A stretch of DNA of 64,000 nt from Anaerolineales bacterium (GTDB lineage Bacteria; Chloroflexota; Anaerolineae; Anaerolineales; Villigracilaceae). Each line of letters starts with the position of its first letter. Within the stretch, counting starts at the first letter, position 1. Below the pieces are notes generated by a model. It was not told the origin of the DNA. It saw only the letters and a list, made by a program, of their open reading frames with translations, and did no database searches. Of this stretch, positions 45,530 to 54,232 are shown one piece after another. The translations under genes and the position numbers were made by a program. The DNA lies in NCBI GenBank assembly GCA_034432535.1, contig DAOUBR010000079.1, positions 20,290 through 84,289 of the forward strand, given 5' to 3'.

Positions 45530-46453
45530 ATGTACATCATAGGAGAAAACATCCATATTATCTCCGAGAAAGTCAAGGAAGCGCTAGCCAACCGCGACAG
45601 CGAATTTTTCATGGATCTGGCGCTGCGGCAGGTCGAAGCGGGGGCGAAAGCCGTAGATTTGAATCTCGGTCCGCGCAAGAAGGATTACGCCGAAGTCTGG
45701 CCCTGGATTGTCAAAGCGGTGGAACAGGTGGTGGACGCGCCGCTTTCGATTGACACGACCAACGTGGACGGCATGGAAGCCGCTCTGCAATCCATCACCA
45801 AAGCGCAGCCGATTCTCAATTCCACTTCCGCCGAGCCGGAGCGGCTGGAAAAAATCCCCGCGCTGGCGAAAAAATACAACGCGAAGATTATCGCCCTGAC
45901 GATGGGAACCAGCGGCATCCCCGTCGAAGCGGACGCGCGGGTGAATATCGCCGTCGAGACGCTGATTCCGCACTTGATGGAAATCGGCTTCAACATGAAC
46001 GACCTGATTATTGACCCGCTCGTGCTGACCGTCTCCGGCTGCCAGCAATATTGCCCGCACTTAATCGAAGCGGTGCGTATGCTGCAATACGCCTGGGACC
46101 CCGCGCCGCAAATCTCCGTCGGGCTGAGCAACGTCTCCAACGCCGTGCCGAACGAAAACCGCCCGCTCATCAACCGCGTGTACCTCGCCATGCTGATGGG
46201 AGTCGGCTTGCAGATGATGATTGCCAACCCATTCGACGAAAAGCAAAACGACGTCATCCGCTGGATTGAGACGAAAGACTCCTCCACGCCGCTGGCGCGC
46301 CTGTATAACAAAATCGCGGAACGCACCGCCAACAGCGAAGAGCCGCAGCTCGAAGATTTCGACCTGAACGACCCGGAGCAAGCCGCCATCTGGAAGACGA
46401 CTCAAATTCTGCTGAACAAGGTGATTTACGCGGATTCGTATTTGAACAATTGA
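45530..46453 (+). CDS. acsE: methyltetrahydrofolate:corrinoid/iron-sulfur protein methyltransferase
   Basis: Pterin-binding TIM barrel collinear with Moorella MeTr (IIGENIH, LNSTS, GLSNVS..RPLINR). Confidence 0.9.
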   Translation: MYIIGENIHIISEKVKEALANRDSEFFMDLALRQVEAGAKAVDLNLGPRKKDYAEVWPWIVKAVEQVVDAPLSIDTTNVDGMEAALQSITKAQPILNSTSAEPERLEKIPALAKKYNAKIIALTMGTSGIPVEADARVNIAVETLIPHLMEIGFNMNDLIIDPLVLTVSGCQQYCPHLIEAVRMLQYAWDPAPQISVGLSNVSNAVPNENRPLINRVYLAMLMGVGLQMMIANPFDEKQNDVIRWIETKDSSTPLARLYNKIAERTANSEEPQLEDFDLNDPEQAAIWKTTQILLNKVIYADSYLNN

Positions 46454-46465
46454 AGTTTCGCGTTT

Positions 46466-46506
46466 CCAATTTCAAGTTCCGCGCTCCAGGCGAAATTTGA
46501 AATTGG
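46466..46506 (+). other. 10-bp stem-loop in the acsE-metVF spacer
   Basis: CCAATTTCAA ... TTGAAATTGG with a 21-nt loop and no T-run. Confidence 0.5.
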
Positions 46507-46529
46507 ACGTCGGATAAGGAGAATGCGTT

Positions 46530-48017
46530 ATGCCCATCTTCACCCCCGGTCGGCGCTGGCAGCCCGCCTACTCGCCCTTCAAAGACGAGCCGCTCAGCCA
46601 TAAGTTGATGGAGGACCTGGAATACGCCATCAAAGGACCTCTATTCGGCTGCCGCATGTGCGGCAACTGCCTGCTGCAAGAGACCGCCTTCATCTGCCCG
46701 ATGGAATGTCCCAAAGGGCTGCGCAACGGGCCCTGCGGCGGCTCGACGCCGGAACGCTGCTACGTGGATAAAACCCGCCCGTGCATCTGGTACAAAATCT
46801 ACGAGCGCGCCTTCAAATTGGGACGGCAGGAAAAACTGCTGGAAGTGCTTCCGCCGCTGGATTGGGAAAAAGTCGGCACCGAAACGTGGAAAGACGTGAT
46901 TCACTGCATTCAGGTCAACGGCGGCGGCAAAGTGCTGAAGAGCCTCGTCCTCAATCAAGGCGAAGAGCGCTGGAAGACGTGGAATCTGATTTTCCGCAAA
47001 GTGCGCCAGCCCGATTGGTGGCAAGGCGACGACCAATATCACCCGCCCGCGTATAGCGAGCCAGTCTCCCATTTGGAAAGAAAATTGAAAGCGGGCGAGT
47101 TCGTCGTCGCTTGCGAAATCGCCCCGCCCTTGAGCATGGCGACCAAGAAGCTCGTGGAAAACATCGAGCTGGTCAAGCCTTACGTCACGGCGATTAACTT
47201 CACCGACAACGCCTCCGCCACCCCGCGCATGACCAGCTGGGCGTGCAGCCGCATCGCCATTGAACACGGCGCGGAACCGGTCATGCAAAGCGCCGCCCGC
47301 GACCGCACGCGCGCGAGCCTGCAAGCCGAAATTCTCGGCGCGACGGCGCTAGGAGTCCGCAACTTGCTCGCCATCACCGGCGATAGCCCGGTCCTCGCCC
47401 CGCAGCCGCGCGGACGCATGGACATTAACGACCTCGACTCGATTCAAATGTTGTGGATTTTGCGCCGCATGAGAGACGAAGGACGCTACCTCGACGGGCG
47501 CGAAATCAAGACCCCGCCAAAGTTCTTCCTCGGCGCGGCGGCTTCGCCCTTCGCTTCCGAGCCGAAGTTCCAGGCAATCCGCGAACACAAGAAGGTAAAC
47601 GCGGGCGCGCAGTTCTTCCAGACCAATCTCGTTTACGACGTGGAGCGCATGGAAATCTGGTTGAACGAGCTCGCCAAGCGAAACATCCTCGACAAGGTGT
47701 ACATCCTCATCGGAATCACGCCGCTTAAGAGCGCCAAGATGACCAAGTATATGACCCAGGTGCCGGGCGTGTACGTCCCCAAGCCCATCATTGACCGCAT
47801 GGAAGCCGCCGCCGAAAAGGGCAACGAGCAAGAAGAAGGCGTGAAAATCGCGTTGGAGATCATCGAAAAAATCAAAGGCTACGAAAAGCAAGGCGTTCAC
47901 GGCGTTCACATCATGCCCGTCAATTGGGAAGACGTGATTCCGCGCATCGTAACCGAAGCCGGTTTGCTGCCTAAAGATTTCGTCAAGCCTGAACCGAAAG
48001 AGCCGATTGCCGCGTAA
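46530..48017 (+). CDS. metF: fused MetV-like Cys-rich domain plus methylenetetrahydrofolate reductase (MetF)
   Basis: Residues about 40-100, CRMCGNCLLQETAFICPMECPKGLRNGPCGG, form the MetV/MTHFR_C-type motif. Residues about 185-495 are a MetF TIM barrel (VACEIAPP.., NFTDN, ITGD). Confidence 0.8.
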   Translation: MPIFTPGRRWQPAYSPFKDEPLSHKLMEDLEYAIKGPLFGCRMCGNCLLQETAFICPMECPKGLRNGPCGGSTPERCYVDKTRPCIWYKIYERAFKLGRQEKLLEVLPPLDWEKVGTETWKDVIHCIQVNGGGKVLKSLVLNQGEERWKTWNLIFRKVRQPDWWQGDDQYHPPAYSEPVSHLERKLKAGEFVVACEIAPPLSMATKKLVENIELVKPYVTAINFTDNASATPRMTSWACSRIAIEHGAEPVMQSAARDRTRASLQAEILGATALGVRNLLAITGDSPVLAPQPRGRMDINDLDSIQMLWILRRMRDEGRYLDGREIKTPPKFFLGAAASPFASEPKFQAIREHKKVNAGAQFFQTNLVYDVERMEIWLNELAKRNILDKVYILIGITPLKSAKMTKYMTQVPGVYVPKPIIDRMEAAAEKGNEQEEGVKIALEIIEKIKGYEKQGVHGVHIMPVNWEDVIPRIVTEAGLLPKDFVKPEPKEPIAA

Positions 48018-48026
48018 ATTGCGCAG

Positions 48027-48062
48027 GGCGCGGCGGACTTTCGTTCCGCCGCGCCTTTTCCC
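48027..48062 (+). terminator. rho-independent terminator closing the acs-metVF operon
   Basis: Perfect 11-bp stem GGCGCGGCGGA / TCCGCCGCGCC with a 7-nt loop, followed by TTTTCCCC. Confidence 0.7.
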
Positions 48063-48073
48063 CGTGGAGGAGT

Positions 48074-48640
48074 ATGCTTCCTGAACAGCTCAAATCGTAT
48101 CGTGAAATGGTCACGCTGAAAGACGGGGCGTATATTCTGCTGCGCCCGATGGTTCCCGAAGACAAGCAGCGGCTGATGGAATATTATTCCGCCGTCAGCG
48201 ACGACGACTTGCGTTACTTCCGCGACGACGTTCGCAACCCCGAGTTGATTCAAAAATGGTGCGACCAGTTGGATTACGGGCGGGTGTTGCCGCTGCTGGC
48301 GCTTTCCAAAGACCGCGTCGTCGGCAGCGCGACGCTGCATTTCTTCAAAGGACCCAAGCGGCACATCGGCGAAGTGCGCCTGTTTTTGGCGAAGGATTTT
48401 CGCAAGCGCGGACTGGGGATAAAGATGATTCGCGCGATGATTGACCTCGCGCGCAAGCAGGGGCTTCACGTCCTGATTGCGGAAATCATCACCGATTTCA
48501 GCAAGTTCGTCAAAGCCTTCGAGCAGCTCGGTTTTAAAACGATGTGCGTGCTGGACGATTACTTCATGTTCCCCGACGGCGAGACGTGCGACATTACCTT
48601 AATGGCGCTGCAATTGCGCGCCAAAACGGAAGAGTTCTAA
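48074..48640 (+). CDS. GNAT-family N-acetyltransferase
   Basis: Acetyl-CoA binding motif RKRGLGIKMI; 188 aa; SD GGAGGAG. Confidence 0.8.
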   Translation: MLPEQLKSYREMVTLKDGAYILLRPMVPEDKQRLMEYYSAVSDDDLRYFRDDVRNPELIQKWCDQLDYGRVLPLLALSKDRVVGSATLHFFKGPKRHIGEVRLFLAKDFRKRGLGIKMIRAMIDLARKQGLHVLIAEIITDFSKFVKAFEQLGFKTMCVLDDYFMFPDGETCDITLMALQLRAKTEEF

Positions 48641-48643
48641 GGC

Positions 48644-48931
48644 ATGACGTTATATGGCTTGGTGAAGCGCGCCACCGGGCAGGATTTGTATCAGTGTAAG
48701 GGCTGCAACAACTGCGACCTGGACTCGCACGAAGAGATGGATATTCCGCTTTCGAGTCTGGTGCAGTTAATTTTGATGAACGACGAAGAAGCCCTGACCT
48801 GCCGCACGGTCTGGTCGGATTCCGTGTTGGAAGCGGCGCGCGGCTCGTGCAAACGGGGGTTTAACCTGCAAGCGGTGATTCTCGCCCTGCGAGAAGAAGC
48901 GCAGCGTAAAGCGGGGGGCGAATCAGCCTGA
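48644..48931 (+). CDS. small Cys-containing protein, possibly a degenerate HdrC-like helical ferredoxin domain
   Basis: CKGCNNCD motif, then PLSSLVQLI, a W..S stretch, and ..AVILALR. This resembles HdrC spacing, but the second Cys cluster is mostly lost. Weak call. Confidence 0.35.
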   Translation: MTLYGLVKRATGQDLYQCKGCNNCDLDSHEEMDIPLSSLVQLILMNDEEALTCRTVWSDSVLEAARGSCKRGFNLQAVILALREEAQRKAGGESA

Positions 48932-49915
48932 AGCCCCGCGGTTGACGTATTGCAAATACGCCCAATACAGCGGCGGGAAATAGGCTTTATCCGTCGCCTG
49001 CGCCGCGCGTTTCAGTTCGCCGCCGAAGCCGCGCTTGAAACGATACACGCCCCACAGCCCGTCGCGGCGCGTTTCAAACTCCGCTTCAAGTTTTTCTTCC
49101 GCCTCGTCGGGAACTCCCCACAGGTCGTATTCTTCGCAGCCGCGCGCCTTCGCCCAACGCATCGCCTCCCATTGCAGCAAATAGGTCGGCATGCGGTTGC
49201 GCTCCTCGTCGGTGGACGCGCCGTAAACGTACCACGCCCGCCGCCCGCGAGCGAACGCCATCAACGCGGCAAGCGGCTTGCCCGCGTATTCGGCGAGCAG
49301 CAGTTCGCAAACTCCCTGCGGGTGAAACAATTCGTAAGCGCGCCGATAATATTCCAGCGAATGAACGCCAAACCCATCCCGCCCGCCGGTGACGGTCATC
49401 ATCGCGTGAAAGGCGGCAAGGTCGTCCCACGCGCGGACGGTCACGCCTTTTTTTTGCGCCAGACGAATGTTATAGCGCGTCTTCTGCTTCATGCGCGCCA
49501 GCAGTTGCTCTTCGTCTTCTTTAAGAGAAACGACGACGGTGCGCGGCGGCTGGACGTTGTGAGGGGAAAGAACGAAGGGCGCAGGCAAAGCGATAGATTC
49601 CGTATCCCATGCGTCCGGCTCGACTTTGAGGAAGACGGCGCGATTCTTTTCGCAAACGGAATCCACTTCGCTCCAAAAGCGGCTTTCTTCCGCCAAACGC
49701 CGTTCGCTGAAAATTGGCTTCGGCATGTAGGCGAAGGTCAATCCCAGCGGTAATCGGCGGAAGAGAATTTGCGCGCCGAAGTTTTCGGAAATCACGCGAA
49801 CGGGCTTCCAGCCAAAGCCCCTCTTTAATTCTCCCCACTCGCCCAGTTGAAGCAAATGCGCGTCGGGATAATTGGACAGGAATTGATTCCATTCGGAAAG
49901 AGAAACCAGAGGCAT
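48923..49915 (-). CDS. FemAB-family peptidoglycan interpeptide-bridge peptidyltransferase
   Basis: 330 aa with FemAB-like N- and C-halves (HLLQLGEWGELK.., YLLQWEAMRWAKARGCEEYDLWG). Confidence 0.75.
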   Translation of the reverse strand: MPLVSLSEWNQFLSNYPDAHLLQLGEWGELKRGFGWKPVRVISENFGAQILFRRLPLGLTFAYMPKPIFSERRLAEESRFWSEVDSVCEKNRAVFLKVEPDAWDTESIALPAPFVLSPHNVQPPRTVVVSLKEDEEQLLARMKQKTRYNIRLAQKKGVTVRAWDDLAAFHAMMTVTGGRDGFGVHSLEYYRRAYELFHPQGVCELLLAEYAGKPLAALMAFARGRRAWYVYGASTDEERNRMPTYLLQWEAMRWAKARGCEEYDLWGVPDEAEEKLEAEFETRRDGLWGVYRFKRGFGGELKRAAQATDKAYFPPLYWAYLQYVNRGASG

Positions 49916-49924
49916 GATTAAATT

Positions 49925-51793
49925 TTATCCGTCGAGGTCGTCGCGGGAGGCGGCGCGCAGGGTGGCGCCGGGAATCAGATCGCCCAGAAAGCGGGCTATC
50001 TCTTCGGGCTGCGGGGAAAGGCACAGGTCGGAGAGGCGCTCGATGGCTTGATTCAGGTCGAAAGGAGCCGCGCCCGCGCCTTCCTGAACGAGACGAAAAA
50101 CGTCGGGATGCGAAGTGTCCGCCAACGGCGTGTTCTCTTCCCATAATTCTTCCGCCAGCTTTTCGCCCGCGCGAATTCCAGTGAAGACGATTTCAATATC
50201 CTTGTAAGGCTCCAGCCCGGAAAGTTTGATGAGGTCCTCGGCGAGCTCCACAATGCGAACGGGCTTGCCCATATTGAGGACGAAAACTTCGCCGCCCGCG
50301 CCCATTGAGGCGGCTTGCAGCACGAGGTACACCGCTTCGGGGATGGTCATAAAAAAGCGCGTCATGTCGGGATGGGTGACGGTGACGGGTCCGCCGTTGG
50401 CGATTTGATTTTTGAATTTGGGGATGATGCTGCCGCGGCTGCCCAGCACGTTGCCAAAGCGAACGACGGTGAACGCGCGCCCGTTCTTTTGCGCGGCTTC
50501 GAGGGTAATCATCTCGGCGAGGCGCTTGGTCGCGCCGTAGACGCTGGAAGGACGCACGGCTTTATCGGTGGAAATCAGCACGAAGCGCTCGACGTTAAAT
50601 TTAAGCGCGGCTTGAGCGAGGTTGCGGGTCCCCAAAACGTTGTTGGTGACGGCTTCGACGGGGTTGGCTTCCATCAACGGGACGTGTTTGTGCGCGGCGG
50701 CGTGAAAGACTACCTGCGGTCTGCGCTCGGCGAAGATAAAATCCAATCGGCGCGCGTCGCGCACGTCGGCGATGACGGGGATAATTTTCAGCGCGGGGTA
50801 GGCGCTTTCCAGTTCCAGTTGAATTTCAAAGACGCTGTTTTCGCCGTGGCCGAGCAAGACCAGCTCGGCGGGGTTGCGCCGCGCAATCTGGCGGCAGAGC
50901 TCGCGCCCGATGGAGCCGCCCGCGCCGGTCACCAGCGCCCGCTTGCCTTCCAGAATCTGCCCCACCCTTTCGTCGTTCACGCGCACGGGGTCGCGGCGCA
51001 GCAGGTCGGCGACGTCCACTTCGCGCAGGCGGTTGACGCTGACCTTGCCGCCGATGAGTTCGTAGAGTCCCGGCATGGTGCGCGAAGGCACGCCCTTTTC
51101 GCGGCAGACGTCGTTAATCTGGCGCACAACCCTGCCCGGCGCGGTGGGAATGGCGATAATCACTTCGTCGGCGGCGCGCTTTTCAAGGACGCTCGCCAGC
51201 TTATCCAGTTTGCCGATGACCGGCACGCCGTAAATTTCGTGACGCTGCTTGGCGAGGTCGTCGTCGAGGAAACCGACGGGGACGAGGTTGATAAGCGCGG
51301 ATTTTTGCAGCTCGCGGACAACCAGCGCGCCGGCGTCGCCCGCGCCGATAATCAGCGCTCGTTTGGCTTTGCCCTTGCGAGGCAAACCAGATTGCTCGGC
51401 GAGGATTCTCAAAGCAAAGCGCGAACCGCCGATCAGCGCCAGCGAGAGCAGCCAGTCAATGCCCAAGGCGGAGCGCGGCATGCCCGGTTGAACGAATCCC
51501 GCGCCGACGAGAATCAGCATCGCGCCGGAAGTCACCACGGAGGCGGCGGTGACGGCGACGGTAATCAGGCGCAATTCGCCGGCGCTCGCATACTCCCACA
51601 AGCGGCGGTATAAACCGAAGTAAAAATAGACCGGAATTTTAACTAGCAGCGCGACGGCGCTTAAAGCCAGCGCGGCGGGAAAGTAATACGGCAGTTGGCT
51701 GACGTCCAGCCGCAGCGCGAAGCTGCCCAGCGCCGCAATCACGGTGAGGACAAGGTCGCCAAACAGCACAAAACGGTTGCGAAAGTGAGGCAT
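49925..51793 (-). CDS. polysaccharide biosynthesis protein CapD-like (membrane-anchored NDP-sugar 4,6-dehydratase/epimerase)
   Basis: Four N-terminal TM helices and two Rossmann motifs (IIGAGDAG, VTGAGGSIG). Start placed at ATG 51793; the longer 858-aa ORF overlaps the upstream gene. Confidence 0.85.
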   Translation of the reverse strand: MPHFRNRFVLFGDLVLTVIAALGSFALRLDVSQLPYYFPAALALSAVALLVKIPVYFYFGLYRRLWEYASAGELRLITVAVTAASVVTSGAMLILVGAGFVQPGMPRSALGIDWLLSLALIGGSRFALRILAEQSGLPRKGKAKRALIIGAGDAGALVVRELQKSALINLVPVGFLDDDLAKQRHEIYGVPVIGKLDKLASVLEKRAADEVIIAIPTAPGRVVRQINDVCREKGVPSRTMPGLYELIGGKVSVNRLREVDVADLLRRDPVRVNDERVGQILEGKRALVTGAGGSIGRELCRQIARRNPAELVLLGHGENSVFEIQLELESAYPALKIIPVIADVRDARRLDFIFAERRPQVVFHAAAHKHVPLMEANPVEAVTNNVLGTRNLAQAALKFNVERFVLISTDKAVRPSSVYGATKRLAEMITLEAAQKNGRAFTVVRFGNVLGSRGSIIPKFKNQIANGGPVTVTHPDMTRFFMTIPEAVYLVLQAASMGAGGEVFVLNMGKPVRIVELAEDLIKLSGLEPYKDIEIVFTGIRAGEKLAEELWEENTPLADTSHPDVFRLVQEGAGAAPFDLNQAIERLSDLCLSPQPEEIARFLGDLIPGATLRAASRDDLDG

Positions 51794-51831
51794 GAGGAGG
51801 GCGAAAAAGGAAGAAGGAAGGAGGAAGACGA

Positions 51832-52761
51832 CTACGCCCGCTCCAACTTCATGGCTTCCACCGCTTCTTTGATTCCATCCGCCAGCGCAACCTGCGGTTT
51901 GAAGCCGAGCGTATCCATCATTTTCTTGGGAGAGCCGAAGGAGCGGTAAATATCGCCGGGGCGCGGGTCCGCGTGAATATGGCGCGGCGCGCGCGGGAAG
52001 ATTTGATAAAGCGTTTCGAGCAAATCGAGCAAGCGGGTTTCGACGCCGGTGCAAACGTTGAAGACCTGTCCCGGCGCGGCGGGGTGAGTCGCCGCCAGCA
52101 GGTTCGCGCGCGCCACGTCGCGGACGTTCACCAAATCGCGGGTCTGACCGCCGTCGCCGAACACGGTGACGGGCTTGCCCTCCAACATGCGGCGGATGAA
52201 GATTGGCACGGCGGCGGCGTACATGGAATCGGGGCGCTGGCGGGGTCCATAGACGTTGAAGTAGCGCAGCGCGACGACTTCCAGCCCAAAGGCGCGGGTG
52301 TAAAGGTCGGCGTACAATTCGTTCACGCGCTTGGAGGTCGCGTAGGGGGAAAGTTGAACCAGCGGGGAATCTTCGACGAGCGGCAGGGCTTGGGAATCGC
52401 CGTAGACTGCCGCGCTGGAAGCGAGCGTCACCCGCCGAACGTTTTCCTTCCTCGCCGCTTCCAGCACAATGGAAGTTCCCGTCACGTTCACGTCGAAGCA
52501 TTCTTGCGGATTCTCCATCGATTCGGGGACGGAGACGAAAGCCGCCTGATGAAAAATCACGTCCACGCCGCGCGCGGCTTGCCGCGTTTTAGATTCGTCG
52601 CGCACGTCGCCTTCGATAATTTGCACGTCCAAGCCTTGCAGGTTTTCGCGCCTGCCGGAAGAAAAGTTATCGAGGACGCGAACCTCGGCGCCTTGTTCCA
52701 GCAAAGCGCGCGTAATGTGCGAGCCGATAAAGCCCGCGCCGCCAGTGACCAGATACTTCAT
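51832..52761 (-). CDS. NAD-dependent epimerase/dehydratase (UDP-hexose 4-epimerase-like SDR)
   Basis: GGAGFIGSH Rossmann motif and a YATSK catalytic pair; 309 aa. Confidence 0.85.
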   Translation of the reverse strand: MKYLVTGGAGFIGSHITRALLEQGAEVRVLDNFSSGRRENLQGLDVQIIEGDVRDESKTRQAARGVDVIFHQAAFVSVPESMENPQECFDVNVTGTSIVLEAARKENVRRVTLASSAAVYGDSQALPLVEDSPLVQLSPYATSKRVNELYADLYTRAFGLEVVALRYFNVYGPRQRPDSMYAAAVPIFIRRMLEGKPVTVFGDGGQTRDLVNVRDVARANLLAATHPAAPGQVFNVCTGVETRLLDLLETLYQIFPRAPRHIHADPRPGDIYRSFGSPKKMMDTLGFKPQVALADGIKEAVEAMKLERA

Positions 52762-52765
52762 TGCG

Positions 52766-54232
52766 TTATCTTCCCGTCCGTCTTAACACCGTGCCGATGG
52801 TGCGGAGGACGATGTTAATATCCATGCCCAGCGTGCGGCGTTTGATGTAATACAAATCGTATTCGAGTTTAATCGCCGTCTCTTTCACCGAAGCGACGTA
52901 GCCGTAATTAATCTGCGCCCAGCCGGTGAGACCGGGCTTCACCAGCAGCCGCGCGCGGTAAAACGGAATTTGCTTTTGGAATTGCGCCACCAGTTCGGGG
53001 CGCTCGGCGCGGGGGCCGACCAGACTCATTTCGCCGGTCAGCACGCTGAGGAATTGCGGGGTCTCGTCAATGCGCGTCTTGCGGATGAAGCGCCCGACGC
53101 GGGTAATGCGCGGGTCGTCCTCCTCCGCCAGTTTGGCGCGCCCGTCGGCTTCCGCGTCCTGCCGCATGGAGCGAAACTTGCGAATTTTGAAAACGCGCCC
53201 GCCCTTGCCGGAACGTTCCTGCGTGTAAAAGATGGGCAGCCCGCTTTCCAAATAAATCGCGGCGGCGACGAAGGGCAATATACCCAAAAAAATCAACGTT
53301 CCCGCCAGCCCGCCGAGGATATCCATCAGTCTTTTGGCGAGTTCGTACATCACGCTGACTCGCAACTGATCCACAAAGGAGCGAATCACCCAATCCGATT
53401 CGAGGTGATGCACCGGCACGCGCTGAGTCAATTCTTCGTACATGGTGGGCATGCGGGTCACTTCCACGCCGCGTTCTTGCGCGTCTAAAATGGCTTGAAA
53501 GGTCTCGCCTTTGACGGCGCCGGTGATGGCGACGACGACGTCGGAAATGCGATGTTTTTCAATAACGTTCAGAATTTCGGCGCTGGAGCTCAGCACAGGA
53601 TGGCCGCGGTAAAATTTGCCGATTTTTTTCGCGTCGTCGTCAATGTAGCCGAGCAGCAAAAAAGGCGGGGGCTTTAATTCGTTGTAAGCGTCCGCCAGCG
53701 TCTGCCCCGCCTTGCCGGCGCCGACAATCAGCACGCGGCGCGCCAGCCCGGAAGAAGTGTAAATGCGAATGTAAATCGCGCGCCAGACGAGAGTCAACAG
53801 CGAAGCGATGAGCAAGAACGCGCCGACTCCGATGCGCGGCAGGGAAGTCGGGTCGCTATTGAAAATAAAGAGCAGGGAGTAAACGAGCAGCCCGACCAAC
53901 GGAGCGACGGCGATGGCGCGCAGAGTCTTGCGCCAATTGGAAGCCACCCGCAGCTCGTAGGAATCCACCATCAGCAGCAGCCAGACGAGCGGCAGCAGGT
54001 AAAACCAAAAAGGCGGATTGACGTTGATAAAACGCTCGGCGAGCGTTTCGGCGCGGGCTTCGGAAACCCCTCTATCAAGCAAGCGGGCGATTTCGCGCGC
54101 CAGAATCAGTTGACGCCAGAGATACAAAGAGAGTCCCATCGCGCCAGCCGAAGCCAGCAAGTCGCCGAACAACAGCAAGGCGCGGTGTTCGCTAGGGCGC
54201 AATCGAAGCGCGGGTCGTGAAATATCAGCCAT
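52766..54232 (-). CDS. polyprenyl-phosphate sugar-phosphate transferase (WbaP/EpsB-type initiating enzyme)
   Basis: N-terminal TM helices and a C-terminal bacterial sugar-transferase domain (GPRAERPE, KPGLTGWAQ). The ATG overlaps the upstream stop (ATGGCTGA). Confidence 0.85.
   Translation of the reverse strand: MADISRPALRLRPSEHRALLLFGDLLASAGAMGLSLYLWRQLILAREIARLLDRGVSEARAETLAERFINVNPPFWFYLLPLVWLLLMVDSYELRVASNWRKTLRAIAVAPLVGLLVYSLLFIFNSDPTSLPRIGVGAFLLIASLLTLVWRAIYIRIYTSSGLARRVLIVGAGKAGQTLADAYNELKPPPFLLLGYIDDDAKKIGKFYRGHPVLSSSAEILNVIEKHRISDVVVAITGAVKGETFQAILDAQERGVEVTRMPTMYEELTQRVPVHHLESDWVIRSFVDQLRVSVMYELAKRLMDILGGLAGTLIFLGILPFVAAAIYLESGLPIFYTQERSGKGGRVFKIRKFRSMRQDAEADGRAKLAEEDDPRITRVGRFIRKTRIDETPQFLSVLTGEMSLVGPRAERPELVAQFQKQIPFYRARLLVKPGLTGWAQINYGYVASVKETAIKLEYDLYYIKRRTLGMDINIVLRTIGTVLRRTGR

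Noticed and set aside
48929-49753. TGA at 48929..48931 followed in the same frame by ORF 48950..49753: possible read-through or Sec extension of the small HdrC-like gene
   Set aside because: The downstream frame is Arg-rich junk antisense to the convincing FemAB gene. The TGA does not align to any Cys position, and I saw no suitably placed hairpin.
51794-52501. 235-aa N-terminal extension of the CapD-like ORF (858-aa ORF 49925..52501)
   Set aside because: The extension is Arg/Pro-rich and completely overlaps the clearly genuine SDR epimerase gene in another frame. The CapD family starts with the TM region at ATG 51793.
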